Positions 45,889 through 53,406 of a stretch of DNA of 64,000 nucleotides are shown piece by piece. This stretch comes from Phycisphaeraceae bacterium (lineage in GTDB: Bacteria; Planctomycetota; Phycisphaerae; Phycisphaerales; Zrk34): assembly GCA_028282685.1 (NCBI GenBank), contig JANQHK010000087.1, positions 1,688 to 65,687 of the forward strand, in the 5' to 3' direction. Both the position numbers and the translations under genes were made by a program. Numbering within the stretch: the first letter of the stretch is position 1; the number at the start of each line of letters is the position of its first letter. Below the pieces are notes generated by a model. It did not search any database. It was not told the DNA's origin and worked only from the letters and a program-made list of their open reading frames with translations.

Positions 45889-46437
45889 TCAGCCCGCGGC
45901 GATCGTTTCTCCGGCTTCCAGTTTCTCGCGAATCGCATCGACCAAGGCCACGGCCTGCGAGCCGCCGCCGGTGACCGTGGAGACCATCTGGGAGGCGGGG
46001 CTGAGGATCAACTGCACCACCTCGGCAAGTGCCTCTTCCTTCGTCGGGAAGTCGCTCAGTTGCTTGATCTGGTCGGGCCCGAACACCGCGCCGTCCAACA
46101 CGGCACCCTTGAGTTCCAGCTCCTTGACCTTCTTGACCCAGTCGAGCATCTCGCGGGCAATCTGGACGACGCTGACGTCTTCGTTAGTGGAATACACCAG
46201 CGCGCTGGGGCCTTCGACCAGGTCGGTCAGCGGCTCCAGGCCGGTGTCGGTAAACGCGCGGTGGGCCAGCGTGTTCTTCAACACCGTGATGCGGATGCCC
46301 TTGTCGGCCAATCCCGTGCGCAGCTCGTTGTTGGGGTTGGCGGCAATGCCGCGGATGTCGATCAGCATCGCTTCGTTAATTTCGCCGAAGCGTTGCTTGT
46401 ACATGTCGACGATCATGTTTTTAACCGGCTTGCTCAT
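45889..46437 (-). CDS. rplJ: 50S ribosomal protein L10
   Basis: 182 aa. It sits between rplA and rplL, and the N-terminal MSKPVKNMIVDMYKQRF...LIDIRGI..N.LR..L is typical of L10. Confidence 0.93.
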   Translation of the reverse strand: MSKPVKNMIVDMYKQRFGEINEAMLIDIRGIAANPNNELRTGLADKGIRITVLKNTLAHRAFTDTGLEPLTDLVEGPSALVYSTNEDVSVVQIAREMLDWVKKVKELELKGAVLDGAVFGPDQIKQLSDFPTKEEALAEVVQLILSPASQMVSTVTGGGSQAVALVDAIREKLEAGETIAAG

Positions 46438-46515
46438 GGCTGTTCGTCCTGAGTCTGGAATCTTGAGTCCTGCATATCCTTTTCTTGGCCCTGGGCCCGA
46501 GGCCCTCGGCCCTGT

Positions 46516-47196
46516 TTAGTGTTGCACCTGCACACCCGGCGACATCGTCGCCGAGACGCTGATCTTCTTGATGTACTGGCCCTTGGCAGCGGTCGGCTTC
46601 ATCTTCTCGATGGTTTCGATGAAGTGCTGCGCATTTTCGGTCAGCTTCTCCGCGCTGAACGACTGCTTGCCGACGACGGCGTGAATGTTGCCGCCGTTGT
46701 CGTTGCGGAATTCGACCTTGCCCGCGGCGTATTCTTTGACCGCCTGCTCGACGTCCTTGTTCACCGTGCCGGCCTTGGGCGAAGGCATCAGCCCGCGCGG
46801 CCCGAGCACCCGGCCCAGCTTGCTGATTACTTTCATCATGTCGGGCGAAGCGACGGCCACGTCGAAATCCATCCAGCCGCCCTCGATCTTCTTGACCAGG
46901 TCCGCCCCGCCGGCCTCGAGAGCGCCGGCCGATTTGCAGGCGTCAATCTTGTCATCCGAGCAGAAGGCGATGACGCGCTTGGTGGCCCCGATGCCATGCG
47001 GCAGGGAGACCGAGCCGCGCACCAGTTGATCGGCCTGGCGCGGGTCGATGCCCAAGTGCATCACCAACTCGACCGACTGGTCGAATTTGGTCTGGGAGAA
47101 TTTCTTGACCTTCTCCAGCGCCGCTTGCAGGGGAATCGGGGTGTCCCGTTCGACGTTCTCGACGTCCTTGCGATACCGTTTGCCGTGTCGTGGCAT
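46516..47196 (-). CDS. rplA: 50S ribosomal protein L1
   Basis: ORF 46516..47223, with the start at ATG 47196 (MPRHGKRYRK). Blocks FDQSVELVMHLGIDPRQADQLVRGSVSLPHG and LGPRGLMPSPKAGTV are present. Confidence 0.95.
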   Translation of the reverse strand: MPRHGKRYRKDVENVERDTPIPLQAALEKVKKFSQTKFDQSVELVMHLGIDPRQADQLVRGSVSLPHGIGATKRVIAFCSDDKIDACKSAGALEAGGADLVKKIEGGWMDFDVAVASPDMMKVISKLGRVLGPRGLMPSPKAGTVNKDVEQAVKEYAAGKVEFRNDNGGNIHAVVGKQSFSAEKLTENAQHFIETIEKMKPTAAKGQYIKKISVSATMSPGVQVQH

Positions 47197-47319
47197 GTCG
47201 TTACGCTCCTTGAAAGCTCCCACTGTTTTTGCGCCCGTGGTCAGGCCGTTATTCAGTTACCAGTTCCCGGTTGCCGGTTGGTCACATGAGACGGTGAACC
47301 GGCAACTGTGAACAGTGAA

Positions 47320-47745
47320 CTAGTTTTCCACTTCCACGCCCATGCTTCGGCAGGTGCCTTCGACAACTTTGCAGGCGCCATCGAGATCGATCGCGTTCAG
47401 GTCGGCCATTTTTTCCTGGGCGATGGCTTCGACCTGCTGGCGGGTGATCTTGCCGACCTTATCCTTGTTCGGCACGCCGGAGCCCTTGGCGATCCCGGCC
47501 GCTTCCTTGATGAGAATGGCCGCGGGAGGACTTTTAATCTCGAAGTCGAACGTGCGATCCTTGTAGACCGTGATCACGCAACCGACGATCTTGCCGTTCA
47601 ACTCACGCGTGCGGTCGTTGAACTGCTGAATAAACTGACCGGGATTGACACCGTTCTGGCCTAGTGCGGGGCCGATCGGCGGCGCCGGTGTCGCCTGCCC
47701 ACCGGGGGCCTGAATCTTGAACTGCGTAGCGATCTGCTTGGCCAT
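47320..47745 (-). CDS. rplK: 50S ribosomal protein L11
   Basis: 141 aa. The sequence is MAKQIATQFKIQAPGGQATPAPPIGPALGQNGVNPGQFIQQFN...KDRTFDFEIKSPPAA. Confidence 0.96.
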   Translation of the reverse strand: MAKQIATQFKIQAPGGQATPAPPIGPALGQNGVNPGQFIQQFNDRTRELNGKIVGCVITVYKDRTFDFEIKSPPAAILIKEAAGIAKGSGVPNKDKVGKITRQQVEAIAQEKMADLNAIDLDGACKVVEGTCRSMGVEVEN

Positions 47746-48012
47746 GGCTTAATCCTGGTCTTTTCTTCGGGCGGATACCGACCATCGGGTTCAAACAAGC
47801 CGCGTAGTGTACCCATTTCCTTGCCGCAATGCCAGTACAGCTTTGACTTGCGGGAGCAAGATATCCTCGGCTGGAATGAAGGACATTAAACAAGGACCGG
47901 CGCTCCAGCTTACGCAGCAGTCTCACCGGTCCTATAAAGGTCGCCTCACCCCACACCCAGTTCAAGGAAGCGACCCCACATTGTCGTTTGAGCGCGACTC
48001 GGCCCAGTGGCC

Positions 48013-48041
48013 ATTATCACGGACTGTTTATTGGATGTCAA
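48013..48041 (-). promoter_or_regulatory. near-consensus sigma70 promoter pointing at rplK
   Basis: On the minus strand there is TTGACA (48041-48036), a 17-nt spacer, then GATAAT (48018-48013). An A-tract (AAAAAAGACG) lies immediately upstream. This implies a ~260-nt leader before ATG 47745. Confidence 0.45.
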
Positions 48042-48107
48042 CGTCTTTTTTGCCCTCCAGGCCCGCCCACCTTGCCGAACGGCGGAAAATCTGACACGCT
48101 GGAGTGG

Positions 48108-48899
48108 ATGGACGACCGCCAAACTCAACGACGCATCCGTCAAGCCCTGCTGACCGACCGTCTGCTGGGAGTCGATGCGGTTCCGCTGGGCAGCCGGCCG
48201 GTATCCGCCCCACCCCCCGAGCCGCGTATCGAAACGAATCCTCCCGCTTCCGCGCCCGCGTCCTGCGACTCCCAAGCGCCGTTCGCCAAACCGCCCACCG
48301 AGACCTCATCCATGACTGTTGATGAAAAACGCCTGGCCCTGGAAGAGCTCGATCGCAACGAAGTCCGCGGTTGCACCAAGTGCGATCTCTGTAAGGGCCG
48401 AACCAATACGGTGTTCGGTCAGGGTCATCCGGATGCCGATCTGATGTTCATCGGTGAAGGCCCCGGGGCCGATGAGGATGTCCAGGGATTGCCGTTCGTC
48501 GGGCGGGCCGGTCAATTGCTGAACAAGCAGATCGATGCGATGGGCCTGAAGCGGGAACAGGTGTACATCGGCAACATCGTCAAATGCAGACCGCCGGGCA
48601 ATCGGGCTCCCTCGGCCGGCGAGGCGGCGATCTGCACGCCCTACCTGCTCAGCCAGATCGAGATCATCCAGCCGAAAGTGATCGTGGCGCTGGGGGGAGT
48701 GGCGTCAAAATTCCTGCTCAACGATCCCAAGCTGGCCATCACGCGGCAGCGTGGACAGTGGAAGCTGTTCCACGGTATCGACCTGATGCTCACGTTCCAC
48801 CCGGCCTACCTGCTCCGCCAGTACACCAAGGACAATCGGGCCAAGGTCTGGGACGACCTCCAAAAGGTGATGGACCGGCTTGGCATCACGAAGCGATGA
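48108..48899 (+). CDS. uracil-DNA glycosylase, family 4 (Fe-S type), with Pro-rich N-terminal extension
   Basis: ORF 47988..48899, with the start tentatively at ATG 48108. It has Cys ligands RGCTKCDLC, motif A GEGPGADEDVQGLPFVGRAGQLL and motif B FHPAYLLR. Confidence 0.88.
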   Translation: MDDRQTQRRIRQALLTDRLLGVDAVPLGSRPVSAPPPEPRIETNPPASAPASCDSQAPFAKPPTETSSMTVDEKRLALEELDRNEVRGCTKCDLCKGRTNTVFGQGHPDADLMFIGEGPGADEDVQGLPFVGRAGQLLNKQIDAMGLKREQVYIGNIVKCRPPGNRAPSAGEAAICTPYLLSQIEIIQPKVIVALGGVASKFLLNDPKLAITRQRGQWKLFHGIDLMLTFHPAYLLRQYTKDNRAKVWDDLQKVMDRLGITKR

Positions 48900-48995
48900 A
48901 ATCCGAAGACCAAAATCCGAATGCCCTGTCATGGACACAAGATTTAATCCGGGCATAACGGATAATTCGGCATTCTGGTTTTGGTCTTGGGATTT
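48899..48995. repeat. 27-nt imperfect inverted repeat (AT-rich) between UDG and rplU
   Basis: Left arm aaatccgaagaccaaaatccgaatgcc (48899-48925) pairs with right arm ggcattctggttttggtcttgggattt (48969-48995). I count 24/27 complementary positions plus one G-U, with a 43-nt loop. The left arm starts on the last base of the UDG TGA. Confidence 0.7.
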
Positions 48996-49007
48996 ATACA
49001 CCGCCTC

Positions 49008-49036
49008 TTGCCATGTTTCGGCGATCTCGCTAAATT
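49008..49036 (+). promoter_or_regulatory. sigma70-type promoter candidate for rplU
   Basis: TTGCCA (49008-49013), a 17-nt spacer, then TAAATT (49031-49036), 40 nt upstream of ATG 49077. The -35 hexamer is the same as in the rpsD candidate. Confidence 0.4.
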
Positions 49037-49076
49037 GTTGGGCTTGCAATACGAGCTCCAGACAAGGAATTCAGCC

Positions 49077-49391
49077 ATGTATGCGGTGATTGAAGACAGC
49101 GGCAGCCAGTTCAAGGTCAGCGAGGGCGATGTGATCCGCGTCGACCTGCGTGAACTGGATGAAAAGACCAGCGAGATCGAGTTCGACCGGGTGTTGCTGA
49201 TCGGCGGCAAGGGCAAGCCGAAAATCGGCACGCCGCTGGTCGATAAGGCCAAGGTCACCGCGGACGTGCTGACCGAGGTGCGCGGCGAGAAGATCACCAT
49301 CATCAAGTACAAGCGCCGCAAGAACTACCGCCGTAAGCGGGGCCACCGCCAGCGGTTCCTGCGGGTGAAGATATCCGGCATCCAGGCCTGA
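49077..49391 (+). CDS. rplU: 50S ribosomal protein L21
   Basis: ORF 48981..49391, with the start at ATG 49077 (MYAVIEDSGSQFKVSEGDVIRVD). The C-terminal block is IIKYKRRKNYRRKRGHRQRFLRVKI. Confidence 0.94.
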   Translation: MYAVIEDSGSQFKVSEGDVIRVDLRELDEKTSEIEFDRVLLIGGKGKPKIGTPLVDKAKVTADVLTEVRGEKITIIKYKRRKNYRRKRGHRQRFLRVKISGIQA

Positions 49392-49420
49392 GTTTCGTTA
49401 CACAGCAAACATGATCTTTA

Positions 49421-49449
49421 GCGCCGCTCTTGCCGGGCGGCGTTTTTTA
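49421..49449 (+). terminator. rho-independent terminator after rplU (shared with the convergent gene)
   Basis: Stem CGCCGC (49422-49427) pairs with GCGGCG (49437-49442), followed by T6 (49443-49448). The stop codon of the convergent minus-strand gene lies within the T-run. Confidence 0.7.
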
Positions 49450-50238
49450 TTCGCCACGGTAGGTGCAACTGGTCTTGGCCGTCTCCCAGACGGTCACCTC
49501 GTCGAGTTGGGCGCCCATCGGGTCGAACGCCGGGGCCAGCAATTCGTAGATCACGATCGCGATGTTTTCCACCGACGGATTGAGATGCTCGAATTCCTCG
49601 GTATCGAGATTCAAGTGTTTGTGGTCGAAGCGCTCGATGACGGTCTGTTGGACGATCTGCTCCATCTCGTCGAGCAGGAGGATGCGCCCGGACTGTCCCA
49701 CCGGCGAGGCGACGGTGACCCGAAGCTCGTAGTTATGTCCGTGCCCGGCCGGGTTGTTGCACTTGCCGAACACCTCGCGGTTCTGCTCGGCGCTGAGCGA
49801 ATCGACATGCAAACGGTGGGCGGCGGAAAAGGAAAATCGCTGGGATAGCAAGACACTGTTCATGTCATTGGTCTCCATGGCCAAACCGTACGTGGGGGTC
49901 AGTTGCAGTGTGATTCGGTGCAACGAACCGTGCAACGGCCCTCGCAGAGCGTTGGTCATGCGTTGCAGTAATGCGCCGAGGGGCGGATCGTTTTCCGCAG
50001 CCACCTCCGCGAGAGTCGGCAGAGCCGAGGCGCGCGCCGCGCGATCCATCTCCGTGATGTTCAAAAAATAGCCGGTGATCGGATCGGGCTCGCCCCGGCA
50101 GGTCAGGTGCAGTTCGTAATACCGTCCCAGTCCGCGCAGCGCCGGCCAGGCGGCGTAGGTGTTGGCCCGCGGCGCATCGCTTCGCAGCGAACCGTCGGCC
50201 TCGATACCGAATCGCATCGTGCGCGTCAGTTCCACCAT
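49447..50238 (-). CDS. tandem-domain 6-pyruvoyl-tetrahydropterin synthase (PTPS/QueD family): degenerate N-terminal T-fold copy plus an intact eukaryote-type C-terminal copy
   Basis: ORF 49447..50469. The start is tentatively ATG 50238 ([13 protein letters not shown]), with 50256 also possible. Longer versions would overlap the divergent small gene. The C-terminal half has [10 protein letters not shown] and [18 protein letters not shown] and ends in TYRGE. Confidence 0.8.
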   Translation of the reverse strand: [263 protein letters not shown]

Positions 50239-50293
50239 AGCGCACCATGGTAGCATTTCGGCGACGCCATTTCCCCGTGATGGTCCGACCGCC

Positions 50294-50322
50294 TTGGCCC
50301 GGCGTTGTATGCGGGATATATT
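50294..50322 (+). promoter_or_regulatory. sigma70-type promoter candidate for the small Cys-rich gene and downstream envelope string
   Basis: TTGGCC (50294-50299), a 17-nt spacer, then TATATT (50317-50322), 33 nt upstream of ATG 50356. Confidence 0.3.
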
Positions 50323-50355
50323 GGCTTGCATCCCGTCGAACCCGGAGCAACCGCC

Positions 50356-50562
50356 ATGGAATGTCAGAAAGAGATGAACATGGAACAGCGGTGCAACTGC
50401 ACGTACAGCGGCTGTCGGCGCGCCGGTATCTGCTGCGACTGCCTTGCGTATCATCTGCAATCCCGCCAACTGCCCGCCTGCTGTTTTCCCGAAGACGTCG
50501 AGAAAACGTGGGACCGCAGTTTTGAAACGTTCGCCTCACTGGTCAGCAGCGGCCGCGTGTAG
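50356..50562 (+). CDS. small Cys-rich protein (resembles the family I recall as DUF6485)
   Basis: ORF 50305..50562, with the start moved to ATG 50356. The 68-aa product is MECQKEMNMEQRCNCTYSGCRRAGICCDCLAYHLQSRQLPACCFPEDVEK with 8 Cys. The family name is from memory and needs an HMM check. Confidence 0.5.
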   Translation: MECQKEMNMEQRCNCTYSGCRRAGICCDCLAYHLQSRQLPACCFPEDVEKTWDRSFETFASLVSSGRV

Positions 50563-50583
50563 CCGAGTATCGATCGTCTGCCC

Positions 50584-51648
50584 ATGCCCCCCGCCGAATC
50601 ACCGAAACACGTGCTGCTCATTCGACCCAGCGCCCTGGGGGATGTCGCCCGCACCGTTCCGGCATTGGTCAGCATGCACCGGGCCTGGCCCGAAGCACGC
50701 ATCGACTGGCTGGTGCGCGATGATTTCGCCGAGGCCATCGTCCACCATCCCGCATTACACACAGTGATTCCTTTTGCCCGTCGCCGGCTGCGGAGCTGGT
50801 GGCGCAATCCGAAAGTCGCCACGGAACTGTTACGATTCCTGCGCGACCTGAAAGGCCACTACTACGACATTGTCTACGATCTGCAGGGCCTGGGGCGAAG
50901 CGGCCTGTTCACCTGGGCAACGGGTTCGCCCTACCGCGTCGGTCCGGCCGATGCGCGCGAACTGGCGACGATGGGCTACACGCGCCGCGTGAAGATCGAT
51001 TCCGCGATCACTCACACCGTCGATCGCATGTTGGCGGTGCTGGAGGCGGACGGGATTCCCCCCGTGCGCGACATGCGTTTGCACATCGGCGCCGAGTCCC
51101 GCCGCTGGGCCGAGCGCTACCTCGGCGGACAGGGCTTGGATGAAACGCCTTATGCACTGATCGCGCCCACGGCCAAGTGGTTGTGCAAATGCTGGCCGGC
51201 TGAGCGATTTGCCGAACTTGCCGACACCTTGGTGCTCCACGGCATCGAGCATGCGATTGTCGTCGGCGCCCCGCATGAAAAACAACAGGCCGCACCGATT
51301 TTCGAGCACACCAAACGGATCACGTTGCACGACCGCGTCGGACAAACGGGCATCGGGCAACTGATGGCGCTGATCGAGCGTGCCGCCATCGTCCTGAGCA
51401 ACGACAGCGCCGCGGCGCACCTGGCCGTGGGACTGGGCCGCCGCCTGCTATGTGTTTTTGGCCCGACGGATCCGGCAAGCGTCGGGCCGTACCGTTACGA
51501 TACCTCGGTGGTCCGGCCCGAAGGGGCGGACGTGGGCCGTTACCGCGCTGCACCGAAAGACCAATCGGTGATCGCCCGGGTGAGCGTGGACCAGGCCCAC
51601 GCCGCGCTGCAGCGCGTGTTGGCCGAACCGCCGGCGCCGGTGCACTGA
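50584..51648 (+). CDS. glycosyltransferase family 9 (LPS heptosyltransferase-like)
   Basis: 354 aa. The N-terminal HVLLIRPSALGDVARTVPALVSMHRAWPEARIDWLV and the C-terminal LSNDSAAAHLAVGLGRRLLCVFGPTDP are typical of WaaC/WaaF-type enzymes. Confidence 0.88.
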   Translation: MPPAESPKHVLLIRPSALGDVARTVPALVSMHRAWPEARIDWLVRDDFAEAIVHHPALHTVIPFARRRLRSWWRNPKVATELLRFLRDLKGHYYDIVYDLQGLGRSGLFTWATGSPYRVGPADARELATMGYTRRVKIDSAITHTVDRMLAVLEADGIPPVRDMRLHIGAESRRWAERYLGGQGLDETPYALIAPTAKWLCKCWPAERFAELADTLVLHGIEHAIVVGAPHEKQQAAPIFEHTKRITLHDRVGQTGIGQLMALIERAAIVLSNDSAAAHLAVGLGRRLLCVFGPTDPASVGPYRYDTSVVRPEGADVGRYRAAPKDQSVIARVSVDQAHAALQRVLAEPPAPVH

Positions 51649-51651
51649 ACG

Positions 51652-52272
51652 ATGACTTCACCCAGCACCATCCCGCCCATCGTCCTGGCCAGCACGTCCC
51701 CCAGACGCGCTCAACTGTTGCGTGAAGCGGGATGGACATTTGAACAGCGTTCGCCCGATTTTGATGACTCGCATGCCGACCTTTGCAATGCATCGCCGAT
51801 TCGCGCGGCCGAAGCGCTGGCGTATCTCAAGGCCTGCTCGGTGGCCGACGCAATATCGAGCGGCATTGTCATCGGCAGCGACACGGTGTTGATCGTCGAT
51901 GGGCGGATGATCGGCAAGCCGCGCGATGTGAACGATGCCCGCGCCATCCTCGGCCGACTGTTCGACCGCGCGCATGCGGTGTGCACGGCCGTGGCGATTG
52001 TCGACGCGGCCGGTGACAGTCAACGGATATTTCATGACATCACCACCGTCGCCATCACCCACCCCGGCGAAGCCGAGTTACAAGCGTATCTGGCCGACGA
52101 CCAATGGCGGGGCAAGGCGGGCGGGTATAATCTGGCGGAATTGGACGATCGCTGGCGGTTCCAGATCACCGGCGATCCAAGTACGGTCATCGGCTTGCCG
52201 ATGCGTCGGCTGGCCCAACTGCTGCCGCAGTTTAAGAATTCTTCTCCCCCAGGTGGGGGCGAGGTCGGGTGA
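51652..52272 (+). CDS. maf: Maf-like nucleoside triphosphate pyrophosphatase
   Basis: 206 aa. Blocks IVLASTSPRRAQLL, VIGSDTVLIVDGRMIGKP and KAGGYNL...GDPSTVIGLP are present. Confidence 0.9.
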   Translation: MTSPSTIPPIVLASTSPRRAQLLREAGWTFEQRSPDFDDSHADLCNASPIRAAEALAYLKACSVADAISSGIVIGSDTVLIVDGRMIGKPRDVNDARAILGRLFDRAHAVCTAVAIVDAAGDSQRIFHDITTVAITHPGEAELQAYLADDQWRGKAGGYNLAELDDRWRFQITGDPSTVIGLPMRRLAQLLPQFKNSSPPGGGEVG

Positions 52273-52341
52273 AGGGGTCGATTTCCATCATGCAGAGGCA
52301 TCTTTGAATTTCACCCTCACCCCAACACTCTCCCTGCAAGG

Positions 52342-53406
52342 TTGAGGGAGCAAGAGATTACGCCATTGAATCGACTGATCGGCATCCTCAGCGGAGAAAG
52401 ACGAGGCCCCTCGGCCGCGATACTCCGCGCCCTCGCCCGCGCCGCCGAGCCCTTCTACGCCTGCGCCGTGACCGGTCGCAACCGCGCCTACGACGCCGGC
52501 CGCAAGACAATACACAAAGCCCACTGTCCAGTGATCAGCATCGGCAACCTGACAACCGGCGGCACCGGGAAAACGCCCGTGGCCATTGACATCGCGAGCC
52601 GGTTGCAGGAATTGGGCGCGTCGCCGGCCGTGGTGTTGCGGGGGTACAAGGCCGATGCCGCCGGCAGCGATGAGCAGCGCGAGCTGAGCGACGCCCTGCC
52701 CGGTGTGCCGATTGTGACCCATCCCGATCGCGCCGCCGCGGCTGAAACCATCCGACACGATCATCCGCAGGTGAGCGCGATCGTGCTCGACGATGGTTTC
52801 CAGCATCGCCGCATCGCGCGCGATCTTGACCTGGTCCTCATCGATGCGACCAACCCATTCGGCTACGGTCACCTGTTGCCACGCGGCTTGATGCGTGAAT
52901 CGCCAGAATCCCTCCGTCGCGCCGATGGCGTGATCGTGACGCGCGCCGACCAGGTCAGCAGCGAAGCCCTGCAACAACTTGACGAGCAAATCGCCGGGTA
53001 CCATCTTCGCCCCCCCGTCGCCCATGCCGCCCACCGCTGGCAGTCCATCGTGGATGCAAGCGATCAACCCGTTGATGCCGCCGCTGCGCCGGTGCTGGCG
53101 TTCTGCGGGATCGGCAATCCACACGCGTTCTTCCAGCAGGCCGAGCAACACGCCCGGGTGGTCGCCCGACAATCCTTCGACGATCATTTTCATTACAACA
53201 CCGCTGCGCTCGATCAACTGGCCGCCCATGCGAAAACCGCCGGCGCCGCCGCGCTGCTCACCACCGCCAAAGATTGGGTGAAGGTCGGCCCGATGTTAGA
53301 ATCACATCCAATCGACCGGCCCGTCTGGCGCGCGATGCTCGGCATCGCTTGGCTTGACGGTGCGAACACACTGAACGACATGCTGCAAAAGGTTCTTCGC
53401 CCATGA
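52342..53406 (+). CDS. lpxK: tetraacyldisaccharide 4'-kinase
   Basis: 354 aa. The P-loop SIGNLTTGGTGKTP and the blocks DDGFQHRRIARDLDLVLID and TTAKDWVK are present. The start is uncertain (TTG 52342 or TTG 52366; no ATG/GTG nearby). Confidence 0.88.
   Translation: MREQEITPLNRLIGILSGERRGPSAAILRALARAAEPFYACAVTGRNRAYDAGRKTIHKAHCPVISIGNLTTGGTGKTPVAIDIASRLQELGASPAVVLRGYKADAAGSDEQRELSDALPGVPIVTHPDRAAAAETIRHDHPQVSAIVLDDGFQHRRIARDLDLVLIDATNPFGYGHLLPRGLMRESPESLRRADGVIVTRADQVSSEALQQLDEQIAGYHLRPPVAHAAHRWQSIVDASDQPVDAAAAPVLAFCGIGNPHAFFQQAEQHARVVARQSFDDHFHYNTAALDQLAAHAKTAGAAALLTTAKDWVKVGPMLESHPIDRPVWRAMLGIAWLDGANTLNDMLQKVLRP

Noticed and set aside
47603-47965. A 120-aa minus-strand ORF overlapping the 5' end of rplK
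   Set aside because: It is out of frame with rplK and overlaps it by 143 nt. It lies within the predicted rplK leader and is not supported by any motif.
50239-50355. A preQ1 or other riboswitch upstream of the PTPS/QueD-like gene
   Set aside because: The 118-nt divergent spacer shows promoter-like AT motifs, but I could not recognise the preQ1 aptamer consensus or any conserved riboswitch core by eye. An Infernal scan is needed to be certain.
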